A stretch of DNA of 64,000 nucleotides. It comes from Acidobacteriota bacterium (lineage in GTDB: Bacteria > Acidobacteriota > Thermoanaerobaculia > Multivoradales > Multivoraceae). Below the pieces are notes generated by a model, which was not told the origin of the DNA, did no database searches, and saw only the letters and a list, made by a program, of their open reading frames with translations. How positions within the stretch are numbered: position 1 is the stretch's first letter; the number at the start of each line of letters is the position of its first letter. The stretch covers positions 67,640 through 131,639 of the forward strand of contig JAPPFP010000010.1 of the NCBI GenBank assembly GCA_028877275.1. The letters are read 5' to 3'. The translations under genes were made by a program, and so were the position numbers. Shown piece by piece: positions 11,411 through 21,121 of this stretch.

Positions 11411-13003
11411 TCAGTAGCCGAGCGCCGCTCCGTCCTTGCGCGGGTCGGAGGCGCCGTAGAGCGTGCCGTGCCGGTCGACCCTGATTGCCTGGGCGCCGCC
11501 GAAGTCCGCGCCGCCGGCGGGTCGGACGCGGTGACCCAAGGCCTTGAGGCCCGCGACTGTCTCCGGTTCCATGCCACGCTCGCACAGGAGGTCGAGGCCG
11601 GCGGTGTGGCGCCAGCGGGGCCGGTCGATCGCCGCCTGGAGGGGAAGCCCGTGGTCGTAGTGGCTGGTCAGTAGCTGCACGTGTCCCTGGGGCTGGAACG
11701 GACCGCCCATCACGCCGTAGCAGAGTTCCAGTCGTCCCCGGTTCAGCACCATGCCGGGGATGATCGTGTGGAAAGGGCGCTTGCCGGGCCGGTATTCGTT
11801 CGGATGACCGGCTGCCAGACTGAAGCCGGCGCCCCGGCAGTGGAGCATGATGCCCGTGTCGCCGCCGGCGATCGCCGCTCCGAAGGGCGCGAACAGGGAG
11901 TTGATGAAGGAGGCGGCGTTGCCCTCGCCGTCGACGACGGCCAGGTAGACGGTGTCGGAGCCCACCGCGCCGGCGGCGGTCGGAATGCCGCCGGGAGCGG
12001 CGCCGTCCGCCGCCCGACCGGGATCGATCAGGCGGCTGCGCTCGCGCGCGTAGGCCTTGTCCAGCAGCTCCGCCAGCGGGACACCTCCGGAGCCCCGAAG
12101 CGGCTCGCCCTCCGGGTCGCCGACGTGGGCGTGGAGGTCGGCGTAGGCGAGCTTCTTCGCCTCGACCAGCAGGTGGGTGTGCCCGGTTCCGGCCACGTCC
12201 ATGGAGGCGAGGTCGAAGTTCTCGAGCAGGTTCAGCATCAGGAGAACACCCAGCCCCTGACCGTTCGGTGGTAGCTGGAAGACCTCCCGGCCGCGGTACA
12301 TCGTGCCGATCGGATCGACCCACGTCGACTCGTGGCGCCGGAGGTCGTCGAGTTCGAGGAAGCCGCCGGTACCGCGGGCGTAGCGGACGATCTCTTCCGC
12401 GATCGGGCCCTCGTAGAAGGCGTCGCGGCCGTCTTCCGCGATCCGCAGCAGCGACCGGGCCAGCGCCGGCGACCGGAACACCGCGCCGAGTTCCGGCGCC
12501 TCGCCTTCGACCAGGTAGTGCTTCGCCGCCGCGCGGTCCCGGCGGAGTCGCTGGATGCACGCTGTCCACATCGACTGCACGCGCTCACTGACGGGAAAAC
12601 CGGCTTCGGCGGTTTCGATCGCGGGGCCGAGCAGGTCGGCGAAACGAAGGCGTCCGAAGCGCTGGTGCGCGGTCTGCCAGAGATCGACGGCACCGGGGAC
12701 CGTCACGGCGGGCCAGGAGTCCGGATCGATCGCCGGGCCAGAAATGTCCTCTCGCTCCAGCGCCAGCGGCGAGCGGCCGCTGCCGTTGAGGCCCAGGAGT
12801 TTGCCGCGCCCGCCGTCGGGATCGGCGAGGTGGTAGAGCAGGAAGGCGTCGCCGCCGATGCCGGTCATCATGGGCTCGACCACCGCCAGCATCGCGGCAG
12901 CCGCGACGGCGCCGTCGATCGCCGAGCCGCCGGCCCGCAGCATGTCGAGGCCGGCCAGCGTGGCGGCGGGGTGGGAGGTGGCGACCATCCCCCGGCGCGC
13001 CAT
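11411..13003 (-). CDS. ggt: gamma-glutamyltransferase family protein (no signal peptide)
   Basis: Internal ATG (MARRGMVATSHPAATLAG) of ORF 11411..13084. TSH...GGDAF...DTVYLAVVDGEGNAASFINSLF (Thr nucleophile context)...GGP are GGT/Ntn-hydrolase hallmarks. Confidence 0.8.
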   Translation of the reverse strand: MARRGMVATSHPAATLAGLDMLRAGGSAIDGAVAAAAMLAVVEPMMTGIGGDAFLLYHLADPDGGRGKLLGLNGSGRSPLALEREDISGPAIDPDSWPAVTVPGAVDLWQTAHQRFGRLRFADLLGPAIETAEAGFPVSERVQSMWTACIQRLRRDRAAAKHYLVEGEAPELGAVFRSPALARSLLRIAEDGRDAFYEGPIAEEIVRYARGTGGFLELDDLRRHESTWVDPIGTMYRGREVFQLPPNGQGLGVLLMLNLLENFDLASMDVAGTGHTHLLVEAKKLAYADLHAHVGDPEGEPLRGSGGVPLAELLDKAYARERSRLIDPGRAADGAAPGGIPTAAGAVGSDTVYLAVVDGEGNAASFINSLFAPFGAAIAGGDTGIMLHCRGAGFSLAAGHPNEYRPGKRPFHTIIPGMVLNRGRLELCYGVMGGPFQPQGHVQLLTSHYDHGLPLQAAIDRPRWRHTAGLDLLCERGMEPETVAGLKALGHRVRPAGGADFGGAQAIRVDRHGTLYGASDPRKDGAALGY

Positions 13004-13067
13004 CACGACACTGCGTCCGGCCCGGTGGGGGCTGGCCAGCCGGGGCTGGGTGGCGGCTCCGGCGCTG

Positions 13068-15284
13068 CTAGCGGAAGACGTCAAAGGTACGGTTGAATTT
13101 GACCGCCAGGCTCCGGTCCGGCGTATCCAGGCCGAGCAGGCCGAACTCCGAGATCTCGTTGTAGACGACGAAGAGCCCTCTGTTCGCCTCGTTCAGCCAA
13201 CTGAAGCGGACGTTCGTGTTCACGCTGTGGGTCAGATCGTTGTACTGGATCAGGGCCTGGAGGAGCAGGCTGGTGCTGAAGGCGTAGGTGACGCGGAGGC
13301 GGCCCAGGTGGGTCTTGAAGGCGCCCATGGGAAGGTCGATGTCGTTGTAGGACCAGCTCAGCTCGGAGGTCAGATAGTCGCCGAGCCGGATGCTCAGGGA
13401 GGGATCCAGGACGAGCTGGTTGCCGCCGAAGAAGCCTCCGCCCTGCACTCTGGTGAAGAGGCTGACGGCCCGGCCCCGGTTCGTGTTCATGAACAGGAAG
13501 AAGCCGTGGTCGTCGTACTCCCCGGCGGGCACATGCACGATGCCGGCGAGCGTGAAGGGTTCGAGCAGCCCCTCGTAGCGACCGCCGGCGGAGAGGCTGA
13601 TCTGCGCGCCGTTCCGGAACTCGACTTCACCGCCGACGGAGTAGCGCTGCGTTTCCTGATAGCCGTCGAAGTTCCAGAAGCCGTCGTAGAAGGCGCGCGG
13701 ACCGAACTCCTTGACGCGGCCCTCGCCGGCCGGGCGGAAGCGGCGCCGAATGTAGCCGTTGAACTGGCGGTAGCCTGATCGGCTGAGGAAGCCGACCTCT
13801 GGGTTGAAGTCCTCGCCGATCTCGGCATAGCCGAGACGCCAGCGCCAGAACGGAGAGCTGTAACCGCCGTCGAGGCCGAAACCATGGTCCCGGCCGGTCA
13901 GGCCGGGGGTTTCCGTCCTGGCCGCCCAACCCGAGATGTCCGTGAACTGCCCGATGCCGATCTGGCCGTCGACGGCGTAGGTCCGGTTGTAGTCGCCGTC
14001 CGGCGCCAGCGAGCCCGTGCCCTGGCGGTTGACGACCAGCACGCCGGCCCGGCTCCGGTTGCGGTACTCGCGGCCGAGCCGCGCGACCGTGAAGTTGTTG
14101 CCGTGGAGGTCCCCCAGGTCGTCCGTCTGCATGTTCAGGAAGCCGACGTTGAATCCACCGGCCCTGCCGGACAGGCGGGCGCCGCCGAGGATCGGCACGG
14201 GCACGCCGCCGCTCAGGCCGATCCGCCGGCTGAAGAAGAGCTCGGTGCTTCCCCGGAACGAGGACCGGCCGCCGACGCGGAAGAGACCGGAGTTCTCCAG
14301 GAAGAACGGTCGCTTCTCGGGGAAGAACAGGCTGAAGCGGTCCAGGTTGATCTGCTGATCATCGACTTCGACTTGGGCGAAGTCGGTGTTGACGGTGACG
14401 TCGAGCGTCAGGCTCGGAGTGACGCCGTACTTGAGATCCATGCCGACTTCGCTGTCGTCGGTGCTGCCATCCACGTTCTCGCGTCCCGAACTCAGGACGT
14501 AGGGAGTCAACTGCAGATTGCGCTGGCGCGGCGGTTCCACGCCGACCAGGGTCCCGGCCTCCGACACCCGGAACAGGTCGTGCTGGCGGCCGAGGTGGGC
14601 CCAGAACGCGGTCTCGTTCTTGCGCCGGATGTTGCGTTCGAAGTTCAGGCCCCAGATCGCGCGGCCTGATCCGTATCGGAGACTGCGGAATGGAATCGCC
14701 ATCTCCGCGCTCCAGCCGAACTCGCCGCTCAACGTCCGGACGGTCCAGGACGTGTCCCAGTCCAGGTTGGCGCCGCCGGAACTGAAGCTGCTGGAGGAAC
14801 TCCCTCCGCCGCCACGGCCCTGGTTCGTGAACTGGCCGTCGTACTGGATGCCCGCGACGTTCGTGCCGAAGACGAAGCCGTTCTGCCGGTCGCCGAACGT
14901 GTCGAGAATGACCCGGAAACTGTCCTCGTCCTGGAGCCTGGCGTCGCGGCGGCTGTCGGAGATCGCCAGGGAGGAGGCCTCACGGTCGAAGCAGATGACG
15001 GCGAGGTAGAGGTTGGCGTCGTCGAAGGCGATCCGCACTTCGGTCCGTTCGCTCGCCGGTTCGCCTTCGAACGGCTCGACCTGCTGAAAGCCGGTGCCGA
15101 AGTCGACATCGAGCCAGAGCTCCTCGCCGAGCACGTCACCGTCGATGACCGGCGCCTGCGCGAGACGCTTGGCGGTCAGGCTTGGCCGGTCGTCCCGACT
15201 ACCCTGGGCAGCCTCGGCGCCATCGTGAGCCGCAAGGAGGGCAATCAGCGCGAGAGCGCCGCCCGGAAGTGGGATTCGCGGCAT
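13068..15284 (-). CDS. secreted DUF5916/CBM9-like domain protein with C-terminal beta-barrel-like region
   Basis: 738 aa with a signal peptide. The N-terminus (RIAFDDANLYLAVICFD) is typical of the DUF5916 'carbohydrate-binding family 9-like' proteins of Bacteroidota/Gemmatimonadota. Confidence 0.6.
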   Translation of the reverse strand: MPRIPLPGGALALIALLAAHDGAEAAQGSRDDRPSLTAKRLAQAPVIDGDVLGEELWLDVDFGTGFQQVEPFEGEPASERTEVRIAFDDANLYLAVICFDREASSLAISDSRRDARLQDEDSFRVILDTFGDRQNGFVFGTNVAGIQYDGQFTNQGRGGGGSSSSSFSSGGANLDWDTSWTVRTLSGEFGWSAEMAIPFRSLRYGSGRAIWGLNFERNIRRKNETAFWAHLGRQHDLFRVSEAGTLVGVEPPRQRNLQLTPYVLSSGRENVDGSTDDSEVGMDLKYGVTPSLTLDVTVNTDFAQVEVDDQQINLDRFSLFFPEKRPFFLENSGLFRVGGRSSFRGSTELFFSRRIGLSGGVPVPILGGARLSGRAGGFNVGFLNMQTDDLGDLHGNNFTVARLGREYRNRSRAGVLVVNRQGTGSLAPDGDYNRTYAVDGQIGIGQFTDISGWAARTETPGLTGRDHGFGLDGGYSSPFWRWRLGYAEIGEDFNPEVGFLSRSGYRQFNGYIRRRFRPAGEGRVKEFGPRAFYDGFWNFDGYQETQRYSVGGEVEFRNGAQISLSAGGRYEGLLEPFTLAGIVHVPAGEYDDHGFFLFMNTNRGRAVSLFTRVQGGGFFGGNQLVLDPSLSIRLGDYLTSELSWSYNDIDLPMGAFKTHLGRLRVTYAFSTSLLLQALIQYNDLTHSVNTNVRFSWLNEANRGLFVVYNEISEFGLLGLDTPDRSLAVKFNRTFDVFR

Positions 15285-15288
15285 CGGG

Positions 15289-18200
15289 TCAGGGCGGTGC
15301 GGAAATCTCGTCCGGGGCGCGGCGGGTTGGCGGCTGAACGGCGGGGATCTCCAACTCTCGGGCCCGCCGGTTCAACTCGTCGATCTGAGCTCCGGTCAGT
15401 TCGTTCACTGCCTCGAGGATGGGCAACAACTCCGCCTCGAGGTCCTCGAGGCGACGGCGCGCGCCGGCCGTCGGCCGGGCGGTGTTGCCGAAGACGTGAG
15501 TGTAGAGGTACGCGTACTGGTTGTCGATCCGGGGCTGGAAGTTCAGCGCGTCCTGGGAGACGCGGCTCCGCGACTGGATCAGCCGCTCGTCGAGTTCGCC
15601 GGCTCGCTCCAGGATGGCTTCGACGGCCGGTCGCAGCTCCGGGGCGCCGGCGTCGTCGAGACGTCCCTCGAGCGCTCCGGCCTGTTCCCGAACGCTGCGC
15701 AGGCCGGCGATCGCGTCGTGGGTTGCCGTCAACCGCTCCGACAACTGGTCGAGCATCGCGTACTGCTCCTCCAGATCGGCCTGGGAGATGTCCTCGAGGC
15801 GCGGGTCGGCGAGCACCTCGAAGGTCCGGCTGTCGGACCAGTCGGCCGCCGTGGCCGCGGCTTCGCCGCTCTCCTCGCTCTCCTCGTCGCTGCCGGCGAC
15901 GGTCAGCGTTGCCCGGTAGGTTCCCGGCGGCAGGTAGGGGCCGCCGGTGTACGACAGGGACATGATGGCGCCCTCGACCAGGTGGGGCGCCTGGCCGCGC
16001 AGGTTCCAGATCACCCGGTTGAGCCCCTCCTTCGCCTCGAACGACTCGATCCGCGGACGCTCCTTCTCGCCGCCTTCGACCTCCTCGCCTTCCGGCAGGG
16101 ACACGAAGCGCCGCAGCACCCGGTCGCTACCGTCGGGCGAGATCGTCAACTCGACCCGGCCCGCCGGCTTTGCGGGAAAGTCGAACCAGATCGAAGCGCC
16201 ATCGGCGAAGCCGCCGCCACCGCCGGGCCGGTCGATGCGGACCACGGGTTCGGGCGAGAAGAGCCGCGGCACAGCGCGCACCGTGCCGGCGGCGATTTCG
16301 CCGGCAAGCTCGCGCACGGCGCCGAGGTCGTCGAGCACCCAGAAGCTCCGGCCCTGGGTTGCCAGCACGAGGTCCGGGTTGCCGGCGTTGTGGTGAATCA
16401 GCAGGTCGGTGATGGGCGTGCGCGGCAGGTTCAACTGGAACGACTGCCAGGAGTTCCCGCCGTCGAACGAGGCGTAGAGGCCGAACTCGGTGCCGGCGAA
16501 GAGCAGGCCGGAGGCTCCCGGGTCCTCCCGCACGACGCGCACGAAGTGGTCGGCCGGCAGACCATCGGTCACGGTCGTCCAGCTTCCGCCGCCGTCGTCC
16601 GTGCGGAAGATGTACGGCGTGTAGTCGTTCATCCGGTAGCGGTAGACGCCGACGTAGACGCGGCGCGGGTCGTGGTGCGAGACGTCGATCGAGTTGACGG
16701 TACCGTCAGCCGGCATCTCCGCCGGCGTGACGTCTACCCAGGTGGCGCCGTTGTCCCGGCTGACGTGGATGCGGCCGTCGTCGCTGCCCGCCCAGATCTC
16801 GCCCGCCGTCTCCGGTGACTCGGCGAGCGCGAAGATCGTGTTGTAGACCTCGACGCCGGTGTGGTCGTGCTGGACGGGACCGCCGGGAACTCCCTGCTTC
16901 TCGTCGTCGTCGGTCGTCAGGTCGGGCGAGATCGTCTCCCAGGTCCAGCCGCCGTCGCGAGTGCGATGGACGTAGTTCGACGTGTGGTACACGACGTCCG
17001 GATCGTGCCGGGAGATGAGGATCGGTGCGTTCCACTGGAAGCGGTAGCGCAGGTCGCGCGGCGCCGTGCCGTCCTGCATCTGGGGGTAGAGGATCATGTT
17101 GCGGGCGGTGCCGCTCCGGTGGTCGTATCGGTCGATTCGGCCCAGGTAGTTGCCCGAGTAGACGAGGTGGGGCTGCTCGGGGTGGACGGCGATGTGCCCG
17201 CTCTCGGCGCCGGCCACCGAGTGCCAGTGCTGGGTCGCGGTCAGCTCGGGCATCGGCCGGGACGGCACCGAGATCGTGCTGTTGTCCTGCTGGGCGCCGT
17301 AGATCCGGTAGGGGAACTGGTTGTCGACGGTGACCCGGTAGAACTCGGCCGTCGGCTGGTTGTTCTGGGTGGACCAGGAACGGCCGCCGTCGACGCTCAC
17401 GTTGGCGCCGCCGTCGTTCGCCTGGACCATGATGTGCGGCTGTTCCGGGTTGATCCAGAGGTCGTGGTTGTCGGCGTGCGGCGTGTCGACCCGCTCCCAG
17501 GTGGTGCCGGCGTCCACCGACTTGAAGAACCGGACGTTCGAGCCCCAGACCGTGTTCGGATCGGCCGGGTCGGCGTGGATGTGGCTGTAGTACCAGCCGC
17601 GGGTGAGCAGCTCCGGTTCGTCGCTCACCTTCTTCCAGGTGTCGCCGTGGTCCTCGGAGCGGAAGATGCCGCCGCGGCCGTCCGCCGCCGTGACGATCGT
17701 CCACAGCCGCCCGCGCCGCGCCGGCGACGCGGAGACGCCGATGCGGCCGAGCACGCCGGTCGGCAGACCGCCCTCGAGCCGCTCCCAGGTGTCGCCGCCG
17801 TCGGTCGAGCGGAACAGGCCGCCCTCATCGCTGCCGTCGATCAGCGTCCAGGGCTTGCGTTCGACCCTCCACACCGCGGCATAGAGGACGCGGGGATTGA
17901 AGGGATCGAGTTCCAGGTCGGCGATGCCGGCGTCGTCCGAGATGCCGAGCACCTGCTGCCAGGTGTCGCCGCCGTCGGTCGAACGGTAGACGCCGCGTTC
18001 CGGGTTGCTGCCGAAGATCTGGCCGAGCACGCCGACCCAGAGCACGTCCGGATCGTCCGGATGGACGCGGACGCGGCTGATCGCTCCAGCCCGCTCGAGG
18101 CCGATGTGTTGCCACGAGGCGCCGGCGTCGGTCGAGCGGTACATACCGTCTCCGATCGAGACGTTGCCCCGAGGGCAGGCGGACCCCATGCCGACGTAGA

Positions 18201-18510
18201 TCACGTTCGGATCGCTCGGCGCCACGGTGACCGCGCCGACGGAGCCGGCCTTGAAATCGGTATCGCTCAGGTTGTCCCAGGTGATGCCCGCGTTCGTCGT
18301 GCGCCAGACGCCGCCGCCGGTCGAGCCCATGTAGAAGGTGTAGGGGTGGGACACGTGGCCCGCCACCGCGGTCACCCGGCCACCCCGGCTGGGTCCGACA
18401 AGACGAAACTCGATCCCGTCGAAGGCATTCGTCTCCTGCTGGCTCCACGTGGGTCCGCCGGCGGCGGCGACGGCGAACGCGAGGGCGGCCGCTTGGCGCG
18501 AGAGCAACAT
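15289..18510 (-). CDS. Sortilin/VPS10-BNR repeat beta-propeller protein (glycosyl hydrolase-like), secreted
   Basis: ORF 15289..18618 with an internal ATG giving the signal peptide MLLSRQAAALAFAVAAAGG. Repeated STDGGxTW BNR/Asp-box motifs (STDAGASW, STDGGDTW x3, SEDHGDTW, SVDAGTTW, SVDGGRSW, TRDGGWTW, SRDNGATW, TDDGGGSW, SFDGGNSW). Confidence 0.75.
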   Translation of the reverse strand: MLLSRQAAALAFAVAAAGGPTWSQQETNAFDGIEFRLVGPSRGGRVTAVAGHVSHPYTFYMGSTGGGVWRTTNAGITWDNLSDTDFKAGSVGAVTVAPSDPNVIYVGMGSACPRGNVSIGDGMYRSTDAGASWQHIGLERAGAISRVRVHPDDPDVLWVGVLGQIFGSNPERGVYRSTDGGDTWQQVLGISDDAGIADLELDPFNPRVLYAAVWRVERKPWTLIDGSDEGGLFRSTDGGDTWERLEGGLPTGVLGRIGVSASPARRGRLWTIVTAADGRGGIFRSEDHGDTWKKVSDEPELLTRGWYYSHIHADPADPNTVWGSNVRFFKSVDAGTTWERVDTPHADNHDLWINPEQPHIMVQANDGGANVSVDGGRSWSTQNNQPTAEFYRVTVDNQFPYRIYGAQQDNSTISVPSRPMPELTATQHWHSVAGAESGHIAVHPEQPHLVYSGNYLGRIDRYDHRSGTARNMILYPQMQDGTAPRDLRYRFQWNAPILISRHDPDVVYHTSNYVHRTRDGGWTWETISPDLTTDDDEKQGVPGGPVQHDHTGVEVYNTIFALAESPETAGEIWAGSDDGRIHVSRDNGATWVDVTPAEMPADGTVNSIDVSHHDPRRVYVGVYRYRMNDYTPYIFRTDDGGGSWTTVTDGLPADHFVRVVREDPGASGLLFAGTEFGLYASFDGGNSWQSFQLNLPRTPITDLLIHHNAGNPDLVLATQGRSFWVLDDLGAVRELAGEIAAGTVRAVPRLFSPEPVVRIDRPGGGGGFADGASIWFDFPAKPAGRVELTISPDGSDRVLRRFVSLPEGEEVEGGEKERPRIESFEAKEGLNRVIWNLRGQAPHLVEGAIMSLSYTGGPYLPPGTYRATLTVAGSDEESEESGEAAATAADWSDSRTFEVLADPRLEDISQADLEEQYAMLDQLSERLTATHDAIAGLRSVREQAGALEGRLDDAGAPELRPAVEAILERAGELDERLIQSRSRVSQDALNFQPRIDNQYAYLYTHVFGNTARPTAGARRRLEDLEAELLPILEAVNELTGAQIDELNRRARELEIPAVQPPTRRAPDEISAPP

Positions 18511-18523
18511 CACTGCCGAGTCT

Positions 18524-19492
18524 ATGAACTCGCGCGGAGCAGCGAGTCGGGCGGTTTCGACTGCTACATTCCAGCCCGTCGTGAACGCCCAGCGCGCCGA
18601 CTGGCCGAAGCTCGTCATCTACACCGACGGCGGGGCCAGTCCGAACCCGGGGCCGGGCGGCTGGGCGGCTGTGATTCTCGAAGCGGACGACACCCCTCGG
18701 GAACTTGTGGGCGGCGCGCCGAGTACCACGAACAACCGAATGGAGCTCCAGGCGGCGATCTCGGCCCTTGCCGATCTCCCGGAGCCGAGTACGGTCGATC
18801 TCTACACGGATTCCCAGTACGTCCGGCAGGGGATCACGTCCTGGCTGGCCCGCTGGCGGGCCCAGGGCTGGCGCCGGCGCGACGGCGGAGCGGTGAAGAA
18901 CATCGACCTGTGGCGGCGTCTGGAGGGTCTGAACAGGCGCCATCGCGTGCACTGGCACTGGATCAAGGGGCACGCCGGAAACGAGTGGAACGAACGGGTG
19001 GACGCGCTGGCCAGCGCCGAAATCGCTTCCCGGGGCGGCGGCGCGGCGGCCGAGCCGGGCTCCGATGAACCTGTCCCGCCGGACAGCGTGCGGATCTTCC
19101 TCAAGGTCCGTTGTGTCGGCCGGCGCGGTGCGTGGGTCGCCGAGCTGGTGATGCCCGAGGGAACCGCCGAACATTCCGGCGAGGCCGCGGACACGACGCC
19201 GAACCGGCTCGAACTCGAGTGTGTCCTGGAGTTGCTCGGCGCTCTGCCGCCCGGTCAACCGGCCGCCGTCTACACCGGCAACGACTACCTCAGGCGCGGC
19301 GCCGCGCTCTGGATCCACGCCTGGAAGCGAAACCGGTGGCGGACCAAGAGCGGCGGGCCGGTCAAGAACGCCGAGCTGTGGCATCGCCTCGATCGCCAGC
19401 TCGAAGAACGCAGGGTGCAGTGGCCGGCGCCGACCGGAGATGCGGGAGAGCGGCTCAGGGAGCTGAAGGAGCGGCTACGCGGGCTCTTCTGA
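18524..19492 (+). CDS. rnhA: ribonuclease HI with a C-terminal, catalytically degenerate second RNase H-like domain
   Basis: Domain 1 (KLVIYTDGG...TTNNRMELQAAI...DLYTDSQYV...NERVDALA) retains the DEDD residues. Domain 2 (VRIFLKVRC...TTPNRLELECVL...AVYTGNDYL...) is a clear internal duplicate lacking three of the four acids. The start is uncertain: ATG 18524, GTG 18581, or the track ATG 18449 that would overlap the divergent gene. Confidence 0.8.
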   Translation: MNSRGAASRAVSTATFQPVVNAQRADWPKLVIYTDGGASPNPGPGGWAAVILEADDTPRELVGGAPSTTNNRMELQAAISALADLPEPSTVDLYTDSQYVRQGITSWLARWRAQGWRRRDGGAVKNIDLWRRLEGLNRRHRVHWHWIKGHAGNEWNERVDALASAEIASRGGGAAAEPGSDEPVPPDSVRIFLKVRCVGRRGAWVAELVMPEGTAEHSGEAADTTPNRLELECVLELLGALPPGQPAAVYTGNDYLRRGAALWIHAWKRNRWRTKSGGPVKNAELWHRLDRQLEERRVQWPAPTGDAGERLRELKERLRGLF

Positions 19493-19503
19493 AGTGCAAG
19501 CTC

Positions 19504-21093
19504 CTATACGGCCTGCTCCCGGGTCGACAGAAAACGGACGTTTGGCGCGTTCTCGGCGGCGCGGTCGAGCCAGTAGCGGTTGGCGGCCAGGAACAGTGGC
19601 GCGCCGTTGTGGTCGTGCGCGATCTTCGCCTCGTTGCGGCGCACGAAATCGCGCACCGCGCGCTCGTCGTCGGCTTCGATCCAGCGCGCCAGGGACATCG
19701 CCGTCGACTCGAACCGCACCGGCACCTCGTACTCGGTGCGGATGCGGTCGGCGAGCACGTCGAACTGGAGGGTGCCGGCGACCCCGACGATCCAGTCGTT
19801 GCCCTCCCGGGTACGGAACACCTGCGCCACGCCCTCTTCCGCGAGCTGGAGCAGCGCGCGGCCGAGATGCTTGGCCCGCAGCGGATCTTCGGGCCGGACC
19901 CGGCGCAGGAGCTCGGGGGCGAAACTGGGTACGCCGACGAAGCGGATCGGCTCGCCGGCCGACAAAGCGTCGCCGATGCGCAGGTTGCCGTGGTTCGGGA
20001 TGCCGATGATGTCGCCGGGCCAGGCTTCCTCGGCGAGCTCCCGGTCCTGGGCCAGGAACAGGACCGGGTTGTGGATGTTCAGGGTGCGTCCGCTGCGCGG
20101 GTGGAAGAGGCGGATACCCCGATGGAAGCGCCCCGAGCACAGCCGGACGAAGGCGATCCGGTCGCGGTGCTTCGGGTCCATGTTTGCCTGGATCTTGAAC
20201 ACGAAGCCGGTGACGGGATCCTCGCCGGGCGCGACGGTTCGCTCGGCCGCCTGCTGTGGCCGCGGCGCCGGCGCATGGCGGGCGAGGCCGTCGAGGAGAG
20301 CACCGATGCCGAAGCTGCGCAGGGCACTTCCGAAGTAGACCGGAGTCCGGTTGCCCGCAAGAAAGGCGGCGGCGTCGAACGGCGGGCAGAGCTCGCGCAC
20401 CATCTCGACCTCCTCGCGCAACCTGTCCGCCGGTCCGTCGCCGATTGCCTGGTCGATCTCCATGGAGTCGAGACCGGGGACGATCCGTTCGGTGGCGCGT
20501 CGCTGCCGGTCCCCGGGCGCGACCAGGACCAGCCGGTCGAGGATCAGGTCGTAGCTTCCCTGAAAGCTGCTTCCCATTCCGACCGGCCAGGTCATCGGAG
20601 CGACCTCCAGCTGCAGGGTGTCGGCGATCTCGTCCAGCAGATCGAACGGATCCCGCACGTCGCGGTCCAGCTTGTTGATGAAGCTCGTGATCGGCATGTC
20701 GCGGAGCCGGCAGACCTCGAAGAGCTTTCGCGTCTGCGCCTCGATGCCCTTCGCCGCGTCGAGAACCATGACCGCCGAGTCCACCGCCGTGAGCGTCCGG
20801 TACGTGTCCTCGCTGAAGTCCTCGTGGCCGGGGGTGTCCAGCAGGTTGAACGTGTTGCCCTCGTGCTCGAACGTCATAACGGAAGCGCTGACCGAGATGC
20901 CGCGCTCCCGCTCCACCTTCATCCAGTCGGAGCGCGCCCGGCGGGCCTCGCCGCGGGCTTTCACCGCGCCGGCCAGCTGAATCGCGCCGGCGTAGAGCAG
21001 GAGCTTCTCGGTCAGCGTCGTCTTGCCCGCGTCCGGGTGCGAGATGATGGCGAAGGTGCGGCGGCGGGAAACCGCTTCGGCGAGGGTGTTCAT
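19504..21093 (-). CDS. prfC: peptide chain release factor 3 (translational GTPase)
   Basis: Internal ATG (MNTLAEAVSRRRTFAIISHPDAGKTTLTEKLLL) of ORF 19504..21249 is collinear with the PrfC N-terminus. G1-G4 motifs present (AGKTT, DTPGH, NKLD). 529 aa. Confidence 0.9.
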   Translation of the reverse strand: MNTLAEAVSRRRTFAIISHPDAGKTTLTEKLLLYAGAIQLAGAVKARGEARRARSDWMKVERERGISVSASVMTFEHEGNTFNLLDTPGHEDFSEDTYRTLTAVDSAVMVLDAAKGIEAQTRKLFEVCRLRDMPITSFINKLDRDVRDPFDLLDEIADTLQLEVAPMTWPVGMGSSFQGSYDLILDRLVLVAPGDRQRRATERIVPGLDSMEIDQAIGDGPADRLREEVEMVRELCPPFDAAAFLAGNRTPVYFGSALRSFGIGALLDGLARHAPAPRPQQAAERTVAPGEDPVTGFVFKIQANMDPKHRDRIAFVRLCSGRFHRGIRLFHPRSGRTLNIHNPVLFLAQDRELAEEAWPGDIIGIPNHGNLRIGDALSAGEPIRFVGVPSFAPELLRRVRPEDPLRAKHLGRALLQLAEEGVAQVFRTREGNDWIVGVAGTLQFDVLADRIRTEYEVPVRFESTAMSLARWIEADDERAVRDFVRRNEAKIAHDHNGAPLFLAANRYWLDRAAENAPNVRFLSTREQAV

Positions 21094-21121
21094 GGCGGCG
21101 CGGGAGTCTATAGTCGGGCGC

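Noticed and set aside
11411-13084. Track start of ggt at 13084 overlapping the DUF5916 gene end (13068)
   Set aside because: The conserved GGT N-terminus (MVATSHP) begins near the internal ATG at 13003. The upstream 27 codons are Ser/Ala-rich and unneeded, so the overlap is probably an ORF-extension artefact.
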